From: a virus
Strand: one strand, 5' to 3'
IMG/VR virus record: IMGVR_UViG_3300008469_000001
Location: 23,922 to 87,921 of that record
DNA: 64,000 bases
Below are positions 11,501-19,402 of the stretch, in pieces (position 1 is the stretch's first letter; each line of letters starts with the position of its first letter). The translations under genes were made by a program, and so were the position numbers. The notes under the pieces were generated by a model that saw only the letters and a program-made list of their open reading frames with translations, was not told the origin of the DNA and ran no database searches.

Positions 11501-12092
11501 CACCAGTGAATGTTGTTGCACCTTCTACATTAAAACTACCTTTAACATCTAAATCTTTTCTTAATGTAGTGTTACCATTCTTCAGTATTTCAACATAGTT
11601 AGTATCAACCTCTATGAAATAATCATTAGGGTTATTTTCATCTTCTGTTACAGCAAAGTTTCTATCGGCAACAATAAATCTTCTATCAACCCAGTCAAAT
11701 GCTTTATTAATAACTATGTAACATTGTCCCGATACTGCTTCTTCAAAAACTATTTCAATTTGATTCTCATCAACATCAACAGTAAAATTTTTTACATATA
11801 TCTTATCATTTTGATCATATATTATAATTTGTATGTTATCAGTTTGAAAATCAATTGGAATTGACCAAATTTCTGAGGCATCAACTTTTTCATATGTAAA
11901 AATCTCTTTTCTATCTGTTAATGGAAACCATCTACCATGATTACTACTATCTAAATCAGCATAAATGAAAAGAATTCCATCAACAACATACAATTCTCCA
12001 TGTCTTGCATATCTTGGTAATTCTTTATCACTAAATGCTGCAGTTATTCTATTGTCCGTCACAATAGATTGAATCATCAATTTTTCAGCCAT
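5571..12092 (-). CDS. Long tail fibre protein with C-terminal peptidase S74 intramolecular chaperone
   Basis: 2173 aa; four GxLTVxG..DNxxxLN..RG..W modules, long 18-aa coiled-coil repeats, HNH motif, C-terminal SSIRFKENVKPI..GVTYDWK..IGFIAEEV..MNYSKL (S74 chaperone). Confidence 0.9.
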   Translation of the reverse strand: MAEKLMIQSIVTDNRITAAFSDKELPRYARHGELYVVDGILFIYADLDSSNHGRWFPLTDRKEIFTYEKVDASEIWSIPIDFQTDNIQIIIYDQNDKIYVKNFTVDVDENQIEIVFEEAVSGQCYIVINKAFDWVDRRFIVADRNFAVTEDENNPNDYFIEVDTNYVEILKNGNTTLRKDLDVKGSFNVEGATTFTGDQTLGGSVDIGGNLSVQGTVTIVNKFIADFDAEIKGNLNVDTNLVVDGITTLNNDVTVDANETITGNLSVGGNQTINGDLTVKGTTTTIQTEEIKLDDNIVTLNANAVGTPTQNAGIEVERGDETKTTIVQWDETNDVTNIPNNTTINGTVSIDSDVTVGGNQTIHGDLQIDGNTNIDGNVTIKGENVDIQTTTLTVEDNIITINKGFSGIPTDDAGLEIDRGDEGVLALVTFDETNDKVTIPVKQQNGSFLQDEVSGKIFTLDEINKEKVRAISQETILANDITDLQNTSNDSIDDLQTQIDNEKSARISSDNTIQSNIDTETTRATNVEDTIRTDLNTEISERETDVNTLTTQLSDESDARTNSDATLQSSINTEKARAESIELDLQSSITDETTRAKTVEGDLTNLTTDDKTNLVNAVNEEISRAKLSETNISTDLSSETTNRTSADTSLQGNIDNEIDARISGDTNLQGLITTEKTDRTDADTTLQNNIDTETTRATNVESTLNTKFDDYISNKTTNEQELNSDLTINESVVIKKDLTVEGTTTTVNATSIDVDDNKLILNSNVTTGAPTQDGSILIRRGDEGEQTVIKWYENGNQSNIQISEWDLGTSQFVNKTVATQNYVDGEISTLNSSLDLRVSTLENDTTTDTLTTDLDNEISRAKSVEGDLANLSTSVTTNIVSAVNSEVSRATNSETTLTSSLNDEISRAVDFDNQIGIDLDNEIDRATSAETTLTDGLTNEITRATTVEGDISTLSTNDKTDLTKAINSLKSEIDTNATSTSTTIDSMFVKSGDDIVFKGNLVPETDSILNIGSPDKKIGEVYVSSNTIYLGENTIISESGLALNGSLNASEINVTNITADNIYDKSTVDTKLDGVETELAATITDLETAHNTLVQTVSDDSLSKGQTTPQSVTGEVSFATNVTIEGDLNIIGDQNVTNVVTLAVENNEIILNDGTTDTPYLDGIISVDRGTSGIQPILTWQELGVNSSVKIPYIDGEGNIIQDTIVTMDTLDNKIIEMNTDSETLINDEVTRATSKEEQIETTITNEISRAISTEGLLTGLSNKLQDNDGNLPTSLVSAINKVVSNTTTSESGITTTISNEITRATQSENDLSSSIVSETSRATSKENSLENSIDSEISRATSAENTINTALTTEKSRAQSKENEITSDLASEITRATDIENGLQTQLDSISSAMSSDAERLAAIQNVTTAFENADSDLNNAITDLSNSATTKLNDEITARTNANITITSNLTAEIDRAKDVEGQLIALDTDTQSNLVNAINEVHTDVDTEKSRAETSETTLQSNIDSEESARIAADNTLTTNLNNEITARTNADNDLQSNIDSEESARIATDNTLTTNLSNEITRAKDSESTLQTNIDSEESARIAADNTLTTNLNDEITRAKDSESTLQTNIDNEKSRIDAILSSSDADKDSFAEIVTLINSVDTTNDESFAGYVSSNDVRSSTIESSVTDEITRAKDSESTLQTNIDSEESARIAADNTLTTNLNDEITRAKSSESTLTTNLSNEITRAKDSENTLQTNIDSEESARIAADNTLQTNIDNEKSRIDAILSSSDADKDSFAEIVTLINSVDTTNDESFAGYVSSNDARSSAIETNLSNHQTASDNKFLHYRGNIDAGDEDTVGAQGIYSVSYSGYSGMMVNLTGSGSTSNIQLNAEYDGDALYYRISRDSTTNWDGVGKYDQRIYADHYHPEADTLTTARTIAFGGDLSGSASFDGSSNITITATVADDSHNHTISNVDGLQEALDNKLGLTSKAADSDKLDGYNSATASTASTVVIRDSSSDITARLFRSEYDTTNSSIGYIMTQVNTDDDNYIRPSTISQVQTALGVDNLDYLPLSGGTVTGDVTINGTMSATSIVETSSIRFKENVKPIENAFEKVSQLQGVTYDWKKSGKSDIGFIAEEVDKVIPELVEKSEDGTVEGMNYSKLTSMLVEVVKDQQKQIDELKKLIK
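6682..7620. repeat. Intragenic tandem repeats (54-bp units plus a 143-bp direct repeat) in the fibre stalk
   Basis: 6682-6824 and 7123-7265 are near-identical and 441 bp apart; intervening 54-bp units encode EITRAKDSESTLQTNIDS / EESARIAADNTLTTNLND. Confidence 0.85.
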
Positions 12093-12111
12093 TTTCTTTA
12101 TCCCCTTTTAA

Positions 12112-12756
12112 TTATTTAACTTCTAATACTTTAAAGATTTGTTTGATTTCATCAATTAATCCATTCATATTATCACTTTTAGTCATTTGACTTTTAACCA
12201 TTGTTTCAATTAAAGTATCAATCGATTTCCAATACTTTGTCTTGTTTAATGATTTACCAGTAATCTCATCTTTACTATCAGCAAATGATTTCTTAACATC
12301 TTTAGTAATCAATTTAATAATTTCATTTAAAGTTTCTGTTTTCATTGATACCATTGGGTGTACAAACATTGTTTGTCCACCATCTTCAAAATCAATAATT
12401 GTTGAACTAGTAGTATGTTGAATTTCAGTCATACCAACCATTTCTTCTATTGTTTTATCAACATCTTCAAAATCTTCATCATCTGTTTCATCTGTTGGTT
12501 CTGATGTTTCACTATCAGTTGTTTCATCTGTTTCTTCCTCAACACCAGCATCATCATTTGCTTCTTCTGCTCCCTCTACAGGTGCTTCATCTGCACCAGA
12601 ATCTTCTGATGGTGTATCATCTTCCAAAGATGCCTCTGGGTCATCAGGTTTTTTAGCAGGTGTTTCAGCAGGTGTTTCAGCAGGTGCTTCTTCATCTGCT
12701 TCTAACAGTTTTTTATTCAAAACTGTTTCTTCAAGAATTTTATTTAATCTAGACAT
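12112..12756 (-). CDS. Acidic hypothetical protein, possible internal head protein
   Basis: Very acidic central region, PAET tandem repeats (12-bp units, 12655-12690), ILEE/LLEA motifs; ATG 12756 follows GGAG; AATAAATA late-type promoter upstream. Confidence 0.6.
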   Translation of the reverse strand: MSRLNKILEETVLNKKLLEADEEAPAETPAETPAKKPDDPEASLEDDTPSEDSGADEAPVEGAEEANDDAGVEEETDETTDSETSEPTDETDDEDFEDVDKTIEEMVGMTEIQHTTSSTIIDFEDGGQTMFVHPMVSMKTETLNEIIKLITKDVKKSFADSKDEITGKSLNKTKYWKSIDTLIETMVKSQMTKSDNMNGLIDEIKQIFKVLEVK

Positions 12757-12876
12757 ATTAAACTCCAATTAACACATTTTTTCTTTATTTATTACAACAA
12801 ACTATATTTTTTTATTAAAAAGGTATTTGACTAAAATTGTATAATAGATAATAAATAAAGAAAAAACGAGGTTTAT

Positions 12877-13587
12877 ATGAAAATTAATAAAATTATAGCT
12901 GTTGAGGGTCTTGATAAAACTGGAAAATCAACTTTTTGTGATAAATTTGATGTTATTTTCTCAAGTATGCAGGGTATAAACTCTCAAGAACTAATGAGAT
13001 ACTCTTTTCCTAATGTTGAATCACCAATTGGTAAAAGAATAAGAGATGAGTTAAATTCATCATCACCAAATTTAGATATTGTAAATACACCAAATTTCTT
13101 ATCTGAAATGAGTCATTTTTGGATGGAAGAATTATTCAATAATACTAAATCAATTAAAGATAATGCAAACAGTAAAGAACATCATATTGTTAATACAAAT
13201 ATTATATTCAATAAAAATTATATTTTTGATAGATATTTTATTTCTACATTAGCATATCAAGCATTTCTTAATAATAGTAGAACAGACTTAGAATTTATAA
13301 AAACAGCTTTAAGAAATAATTCTTTTCTTAAATTACCAACTGATATTATTCTATTAGATATACCAAATGATATTATAATTGAAAGAACATTAGCTGATCA
13401 TGCTTCAGGTTCAAATGACCACAATGATACAATTGATGTGGATTTAATCAATAAAAGAAGAGATGCTTTTGTACAAGCTGTTAAATTCTTTGAAGGTTCT
13501 GGGGTTAATGTTCATTGGTTTGAAGATGTTAGTAAATACACAACAGATGATTTAGTTAAAATTTTAATGGGGAAAATATTTGGTTAA
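12877..13587 (+). CDS. tmk: Thymidylate (dTMP) kinase
   Basis: P-loop IAVEGLDKTGKST, SFPN..SPIG, FDRYFISTLAYQ, PTDIILLD. Confidence 0.9.
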   Translation: MKINKIIAVEGLDKTGKSTFCDKFDVIFSSMQGINSQELMRYSFPNVESPIGKRIRDELNSSSPNLDIVNTPNFLSEMSHFWMEELFNNTKSIKDNANSKEHHIVNTNIIFNKNYIFDRYFISTLAYQAFLNNSRTDLEFIKTALRNNSFLKLPTDIILLDIPNDIIIERTLADHASGSNDHNDTIDVDLINKRRDAFVQAVKFFEGSGVNVHWFEDVSKYTTDDLVKILMGKIFG

Positions 13588-13599
13588 TCCCCATTAATG

Positions 13600-13797
13600 T
13601 TACATTACTTTCAATACTTCAATCACGGTAGTTTTTCCACCAAGTTTCTTAGCAATATTTTGTAATTGTCCATATAATGACATATCTTTTTCAGATGCTT
13701 CTCCACTTTGACACTTTGAAAGCCATGCTTTAGCATCTTTGCTTGTAGTTTTACCTTTAAATCCTGGCGCACTTTCTTTTAAGTCTTCTAATCTCAT
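13600..13797 (-). CDS. Small hypothetical protein, possible head-processed protein
   Basis: 65 aa; AAGGA RBS; N-terminal LKES motif. Confidence 0.55.
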   Translation of the reverse strand: MRLEDLKESAPGFKGKTTSKDAKAWLSKCQSGEASEKDMSLYGQLQNIAKKLGGKTTVIEVLKVM

Positions 13798-13819
13798 ATT
13801 ATATATCCTTTATTTTTAT

Positions 13820-16657
13820 TTATTTATCCAAATATTTTGTTTTCATTAATTCATCAAGTTCTGGTAAATTTTCAGATAACCATTTTGATTCAGCTTCTAT
13901 ACTATCTATAAACAAATGAGTTTTCTTAATATCATTCATAAACATATCAAATTGATAAGCATAATTTATATAATCACCCATTGTTTTTGGAAGAACCTTT
14001 CTAAACAAATTCATATCATCAAGTCTTTCATCACCATTAATATTCATAAAATATTGATCTAAAAACTTACCCATTACTATTTTATCAATATCTAATCCTT
14101 TTTTCATATACAACATTCTTTTACTTTCTTCATTCATATCAGGAACATAGTAAATTATGAAATCTCTTTCCTTAACCATAATATATTTTATAGATTCAAC
14201 AAACAATCTCATAAATATCAGTCTGTCATCTAACTCTTGTAAATCATAACCTAAAGCTTTAATTTCTTTCTGTTTTCTTTCATCATCCAAAATATCAAAC
14301 CCATTACTTACTAAACCTTTTCCATACAAAATAATATAATCTTTCAGTCCTTGCATATTTGTTTTTTCAGTTAAATAAAATAAAACTTTAAGCGAATCTA
14401 TAATTTTCTTAACTCTATCTTCACTTACTTTATCAGGATCAAATCTCTTATACCATATACCATATTTTATTTCATAATCAAATTCTTCAGGATTATCAAC
14501 AACTGAACCTAATATTTTTAAATCGGTTTGATTAATAAAACCATCTTTATTAACATCATATATTGGTTTACCATTATTATCAAATGATATTGCTTGAGAT
14601 AAATCAGGTACATCATTAACTTGTCCAATAGCCATATCAGTTGGACTAACTCCATCTGGTGGACTTATAATATCTATATTATCAACAATACCATCTATAA
14701 CATTTTTTAAACTACCATAATCACTTAACATGGTTTCAAATGAGCCTCTATATCTTTTTTCATAAATATCTTTATTTTTATTTTTATTATATGATTCTAA
14801 TAAACTTATATTTTCTTTTTTTGATAATCTATCAACCTGTTTACCAAGAAGAGTTGAAATAATGTAATTATCAATATTTAAAAATCTATCATTCAGAAAT
14901 TCATATCCTGAATACAAGCTACCTAAATCATCTATATCTATAATGTCAAGCAATGAATAAGTTTCATCTCCTAATAATAAATCAAGATCACTTAATTTTG
15001 GTAACTCATCTTCATCAACTAATAGAACACCTATTGGTTTGAATTTTGGTGAATTGCTATCAGAAACCATAATAGCCAATGGTACACCAACATTTATTTC
15101 AATAGGAATATCTATACTGTCATCTAGATTCTTTTTTATATTTGGATAACTATTTTTATCAGTAGTTAAGTTTAAAGTTATATTTGATATACTTGAAAAT
15201 ACTCTTAATGTTGTTTGTATTTTATCTCCCACATATTCACTAAATGAATCAAGATATGTTATATTAGAACCATCATCAGATACACTTTTATTATTAATAA
15301 TTTTGAATTCTTCTGGAAACGATTCAAATGGTATCTTGTTCAAACTAAAAGTATAAACCCTTAATTTTTTATTAACAAACTTAGATTTAATAAGTTTATC
15401 TTTATTCAGTTTTATATTTTCAACTGCAGCTAAATATGATTTCAATCTATCCAATTTATCATCAATATCAATTCTAGTCGAACCAAACATATTAAGTTTA
15501 TCAGAATTACTAAAGTTTATATCAGTTTTATTAAACCCAACACTAACAACATTATGATCTAAAAGTGTCATATAAGTATTTAAAGTATCAGTATCATCAC
15601 TAAGAATTTTTTCATAAATTTTTAGATTATCTCTTTGATTATGTTTTTTAAGTGAATCTATTAACAACTCATTAGTATATAAGAAATCAATATCTGCCAT
15701 ATCATCAATCAATAATTCCATCATCTGTAAACCCAATACTCTTTCTTTCCCTTTATATTCGATATTTAAAGGAGTAGTGTCAATAATTTTTGAGTCTCTA
15801 ATTCTGGAATTTTCTACTAATAGATTATAAAGGTCAAGTTTTTCTCCATATTCATTAATCAATGGAGATTTTCTTATAAATTCATCAATAGAGTTAAGTT
15901 TCTCTTCTGTTGGTAATCTTTCTGGTGGTAGGGTATTATAATCTACAATTTCATGTCCAACTGAGAAATCAGTATCATCTAAATTAGCAGGGGTATCAAC
16001 ACCTTTATAGTCTTTATCCAGCATTTGAAACTCAAATGACATATTTGTTGACCAAATTCTTGGTTGTGTTAATAACCAACCATTAAGATTAAATGACATA
16101 GTTATCATAGCAGAATATTTCTGTGATTCTGGTTCTGTATCAATTTCAATACTGTCTAAGAAGACTTCACTAGTTGAAACAGGACACTTTGGTAATGGTT
16201 CTATGGTTACTTGTTGAGGTGAATTGAAATATGGTATTATTTGTTCTGATATTTCAAATGCCTGATAATCAGATGAAGCCCAACATATTAACTCCATAGT
16301 AAATCTTATTGGTGATGGTCTCATAGCCACATAACCAGTACTATATCCTAATGGTCTTAAATCAACGGTAATAGTATCTAATGGAGCTCTTCTTTTTTCA
16401 GGATTTCTTTCTAAAGCTGTCATCCTAAAAGAGAACATTGGTACACTAATATCTTTAATTCTGTTTCTATTTTTTGTTTCCTCATTATCAACATTCATTT
16501 CTAAATGCGAAATAATATCTGATGGTGAGCCATAGTGTATAGGTACACTTTCTAAAATACCTCTTCTATTTTTGTAAGGAATTTCAGAAAATAAGCTTGC
16601 GAAACCAACTAAGTAATTTTTTATTTGTCTACCATCAAAGTAAAAATTATGATTCAT
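13820..16657 (-). CDS. gp15: T4 gp15-like tail completion / sheath stabiliser with long C-terminal extension
   Basis: N-terminal FYFDGRQIKNYLVGFASLFSEI..VPIHYG..PMFSF..PSPIRFTMEL..EQIIPYFN is gp15-like; follows gp13/gp14-like genes; ~730 extra residues. Confidence 0.8.
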   Translation of the reverse strand: MNHNFYFDGRQIKNYLVGFASLFSEIPYKNRRGILESVPIHYGSPSDIISHLEMNVDNEETKNRNRIKDISVPMFSFRMTALERNPEKRRAPLDTITVDLRPLGYSTGYVAMRPSPIRFTMELICWASSDYQAFEISEQIIPYFNSPQQVTIEPLPKCPVSTSEVFLDSIEIDTEPESQKYSAMITMSFNLNGWLLTQPRIWSTNMSFEFQMLDKDYKGVDTPANLDDTDFSVGHEIVDYNTLPPERLPTEEKLNSIDEFIRKSPLINEYGEKLDLYNLLVENSRIRDSKIIDTTPLNIEYKGKERVLGLQMMELLIDDMADIDFLYTNELLIDSLKKHNQRDNLKIYEKILSDDTDTLNTYMTLLDHNVVSVGFNKTDINFSNSDKLNMFGSTRIDIDDKLDRLKSYLAAVENIKLNKDKLIKSKFVNKKLRVYTFSLNKIPFESFPEEFKIINNKSVSDDGSNITYLDSFSEYVGDKIQTTLRVFSSISNITLNLTTDKNSYPNIKKNLDDSIDIPIEINVGVPLAIMVSDSNSPKFKPIGVLLVDEDELPKLSDLDLLLGDETYSLLDIIDIDDLGSLYSGYEFLNDRFLNIDNYIISTLLGKQVDRLSKKENISLLESYNKNKNKDIYEKRYRGSFETMLSDYGSLKNVIDGIVDNIDIISPPDGVSPTDMAIGQVNDVPDLSQAISFDNNGKPIYDVNKDGFINQTDLKILGSVVDNPEEFDYEIKYGIWYKRFDPDKVSEDRVKKIIDSLKVLFYLTEKTNMQGLKDYIILYGKGLVSNGFDILDDERKQKEIKALGYDLQELDDRLIFMRLFVESIKYIMVKERDFIIYYVPDMNEESKRMLYMKKGLDIDKIVMGKFLDQYFMNINGDERLDDMNLFRKVLPKTMGDYINYAYQFDMFMNDIKKTHLFIDSIEAESKWLSENLPELDELMKTKYLDK

Positions 16658-16666
16658 TTATATTCC

Positions 16667-17422
16667 TTATAGTTTCATAGTCATAATATCTAGACCAGTA
16701 TCAATAGATCTCTTTCTAGGTTTATTAGGTCTTGCACTATCAGTTTTCTTTTTTTCTTGTTTTATTTCTTCATTTGAGGCAGGTTTTTCAGTTCCATCCA
16801 TTATGTCCAAAACAGATTCTAATTTGGTGTAAGTATCTTTGTAACTTTCATCTTCATCATATTTATCCAATTGTGATGTATAATTATCATAAGTAACTTT
16901 AGATAATGTTACCATACAAAATATATTTTCCCAAAGGTTTGCATGACCAAAATATACATCTGCAATCTTATATCTGGTTTTATCCAATACAGTTTCAATA
17001 ATATCACCAATAAGTGGTTTTCTACCCAAAATTTCTTCTACTTCATCAACATGAATGAATAATTGTTGGTCACTACCATTTGGCATTATTACACCCCATT
17101 TAGATAAATCCATTTGATATTCTTGAGGAGTCCAGGTAGCCATCATTTCCCTTGGAGGACCTAGTTCTAAATGAGTGTGATCTTTTAGGGAATTATCAAA
17201 ATCTAATTTTAGTGTTGAGTCATTAGACTCAGGTTTTATAGGGAAGTATAGAATAGGTGCACCATCAAGTTTAACTTTTTCTCTAGCTACTCTCTTTATA
17301 AATGTTACATCTTTAGGTTTATTATTATAAACTTTTCTGGAATTAGGACCAGATTCAACTAATTCTGAATCTAGTTTAAAACCAGTTGGCATAATTTCAT
17401 TTAAAAAATCGGTTCTATTCAT
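16667..17422 (-). CDS. gp14: T4 gp14-like neck protein
   Basis: GAPILYFP, LSKWGV, RKPLIGDII, YKIADV motifs; position between gp13- and gp15-like genes. Confidence 0.7.
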   Translation of the reverse strand: MNRTDFLNEIMPTGFKLDSELVESGPNSRKVYNNKPKDVTFIKRVAREKVKLDGAPILYFPIKPESNDSTLKLDFDNSLKDHTHLELGPPREMMATWTPQEYQMDLSKWGVIMPNGSDQQLFIHVDEVEEILGRKPLIGDIIETVLDKTRYKIADVYFGHANLWENIFCMVTLSKVTYDNYTSQLDKYDEDESYKDTYTKLESVLDIMDGTEKPASNEEIKQEKKKTDSARPNKPRKRSIDTGLDIMTMKL

Positions 17423-17487
17423 AACTTTTCTCCCTTATCATACATCTATTTATTACAGATTTTAATAATTTTAGAAAAGGTTATGGA

Positions 17488-18162
17488 TTAACCCATCCAA
17501 ACTCCACCACAATCAATTACAGATTTATCAAACAATTCCTGTTCTAATCTTTCAATTTCTGTTTGAGCTTGTGAAATTAAATCAGAACCATTCATTGAAA
17601 CATCATTTGGTGATGATACTCCAGAAAATTTGCTTCTTATTATTCCTAGATTAAATTTTGCTTGTGCTATGGCATATTTTTGAACCCAAGGATCACCATA
17701 TATTGGTGCTAAGTCTTTATATCTCATAACCTTAGCTGCTACATTTTCATCAGTTGCTGGTTGAATATCTGTTTGAACATATCTTTTACCATCTCTATGA
17801 ATAATTCTACTAGGTATTGGATTAGTTACCTTTTGTAATTCATTATCTTGCAATATCATACCTAACATGGTTATTTCATATGCTTGACCAGTAGTTTCAG
17901 GTATCAATGTTTGTCCCATTCCACCTTTCATTTTATTCATAGATATAATAAAATCTACATCTTCTGGTACTTCATGATAATTCTCACCAGCTTTCAATCT
18001 GATTGCAATATTTTCTTCATTCCATGCTTCAGATGAATTATGTCCATAGTAATTAATGGTGTGGTATATAATCATATCTAAATCCGAATCAGATAATTCT
18101 ACATCAGTTTGTGATGCACCTAACATACCAACAATATATTGTTTTAAAAAATCTTTTGTCAT
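17488..18162 (-). CDS. gp13: T4 gp13-like neck protein
   Basis: LKQYIVGMLG..DVELSDSDL and WVQKYAIAQAKFNLGIIRSKF..SMNGSDLISQAQTEIERLE motifs. Confidence 0.85.
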   Translation of the reverse strand: MTKDFLKQYIVGMLGASQTDVELSDSDLDMIIYHTINYYGHNSSEAWNEENIAIRLKAGENYHEVPEDVDFIISMNKMKGGMGQTLIPETTGQAYEITMLGMILQDNELQKVTNPIPSRIIHRDGKRYVQTDIQPATDENVAAKVMRYKDLAPIYGDPWVQKYAIAQAKFNLGIIRSKFSGVSSPNDVSMNGSDLISQAQTEIERLEQELFDKSVIDCGGVWMG

Positions 18163-18198
18163 TATTATACCCCCAGAGTATTCAAAAAAAGAAAGCTT

Positions 18199-18570
18199 TT
18201 ATTCAGCTTTCTTTCTTCTGCCTCTTCTTTTTGGAGCCGGTTTTTCTTCTGATTTTTCTACAATTGTATCTTCAATTTTAACTTCTACTTGTTCTATAGG
18301 TGTTTCCACTACTTCTTCAACTTTAGTTATTTTATCAGCTACCTTTGCTTTTGGTTTATTAGTAGTCACTTTTGTTGATTGAGTTTTTTTAGGAGTTTCT
18401 TTTACTTCTCCATTGATTTCTTCAACTAATTTTAAAACTCTTAAATAACCACCTGTCAATTTTTGTTCTAATGTTACTTTAGAACCTTTAAATAATGTTA
18501 CTGTTTGATCTTTACCAGGAATTGTGAAATTAAACACACCAGGCTGTATACTTTCATAAACATATTGCAT
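18199..18570 (-). CDS. Hypothetical late protein with Lys/Glu-rich tail
   Basis: 123 aa; AGGAGAG RBS; TATAAATA upstream; basic C-terminus PKRRGRRKK. Confidence 0.65.
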   Translation of the reverse strand: MQYVYESIQPGVFNFTIPGKDQTVTLFKGSKVTLEQKLTGGYLRVLKLVEEINGEVKETPKKTQSTKVTTNKPKAKVADKITKVEEVVETPIEQVEVKIEDTIVEKSEEKPAPKRRGRRKKAE

Positions 18571-18624
18571 TAATACTCTCCTTAAAACACATTGTTTTCT
18601 TTTATTTATATTTTAAACGACTTT

Positions 18625-18972
18625 TTAACTTAACTCAGCTATTTTAGCATTCATGTTTTTTAAAAACCTTCTGAATTTAGATTTCTCTCTTTTTGCCTGA
18701 GCTAGATCTTTTTCTTGATTTTTTATATATAAATCATTTTTTTGCTTATGTGTTAATTGGTCTTTTTTATTAACCGTATTGATAGTAGCATGAACAGATT
18801 TAATGATTCTATCATAGAAATGTAATAATTCATTCAGTCTAGTCTTCGCTCTTGAAAGCTCATTTCTTGTTGGATTTCCATCCAACAACAATCTTATTTC
18901 TTTTTCATTAATAAGTTTTCTTTGAGCTTCTGCTTCAATTTCAGAACTTGGTCCACTAACACTTACTTTCAT
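18625..18972 (-). CDS. Hypothetical basic coiled-coil protein
   Basis: 115-aa ORF with AGGAG RBS, directly downstream of HU. Confidence 0.6.
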   Translation of the reverse strand: MKVSVSGPSSEIEAEAQRKLINEKEIRLLLDGNPTRNELSRAKTRLNELLHFYDRIIKSVHATINTVNKKDQLTHKQKNDLYIKNQEKDLAQAKREKSKFRRFLKNMNAKIAELS

Positions 18973-18984
18973 GATAATCTCCTA

Positions 18985-19266
18985 TTATTCAAATAGGCTT
19001 TTACCTTCTGACATCACTTTACAACCAAGCTCATCTCTAGCCTCTTTCATAAAAGTTTCACCAGTTTTAGGATTTCTAACTTTTCTGGCATTTTTATGTT
19101 TTTTGAATACTTTGAATAGTGAACCAAATTTTACTTCACCACCCTCTTTTACTTCATCAATGATTACTTCTAAGAAACCATTCCAAATTCTTTCACATTC
19201 AGCTTTTGAAACTTTTTCTTCACCAATTATTTCTTGTAGTTGAACTACTATATCTGCTTTTGTCAT
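18985..19266 (-). CDS. hup: HU family DNA-binding protein
   Basis: MTKADIV..VSKAE..FGSLFKV..ARKVRNPKTGETF, the HU/IHF signature. Confidence 0.9.
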   Translation of the reverse strand: MTKADIVVQLQEIIGEEKVSKAECERIWNGFLEVIIDEVKEGGEVKFGSLFKVFKKHKNARKVRNPKTGETFMKEARDELGCKVMSEGKSLFE

Positions 19267-19402
19267 TTTATTGTCCTTATTTTAAATTTTTAAAGAGGAA
19301 ACTTTTCCCCTTATTTTATTACATTTTTATTTATATTGAAAAAAAGCCTATTTTGGAAACTTTCTATCAAAACACCTTTTAAATATACCTTTTTTTATTT
19401 TT

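Noticed and set aside
1583-12092. Diversity-generating retroelement or invertase shufflon acting on the tail-tip genes
   Set aside because: No reverse transcriptase or invertase in the window, no repeat pair differing specifically at adenines, and all tip genes are co-oriented.
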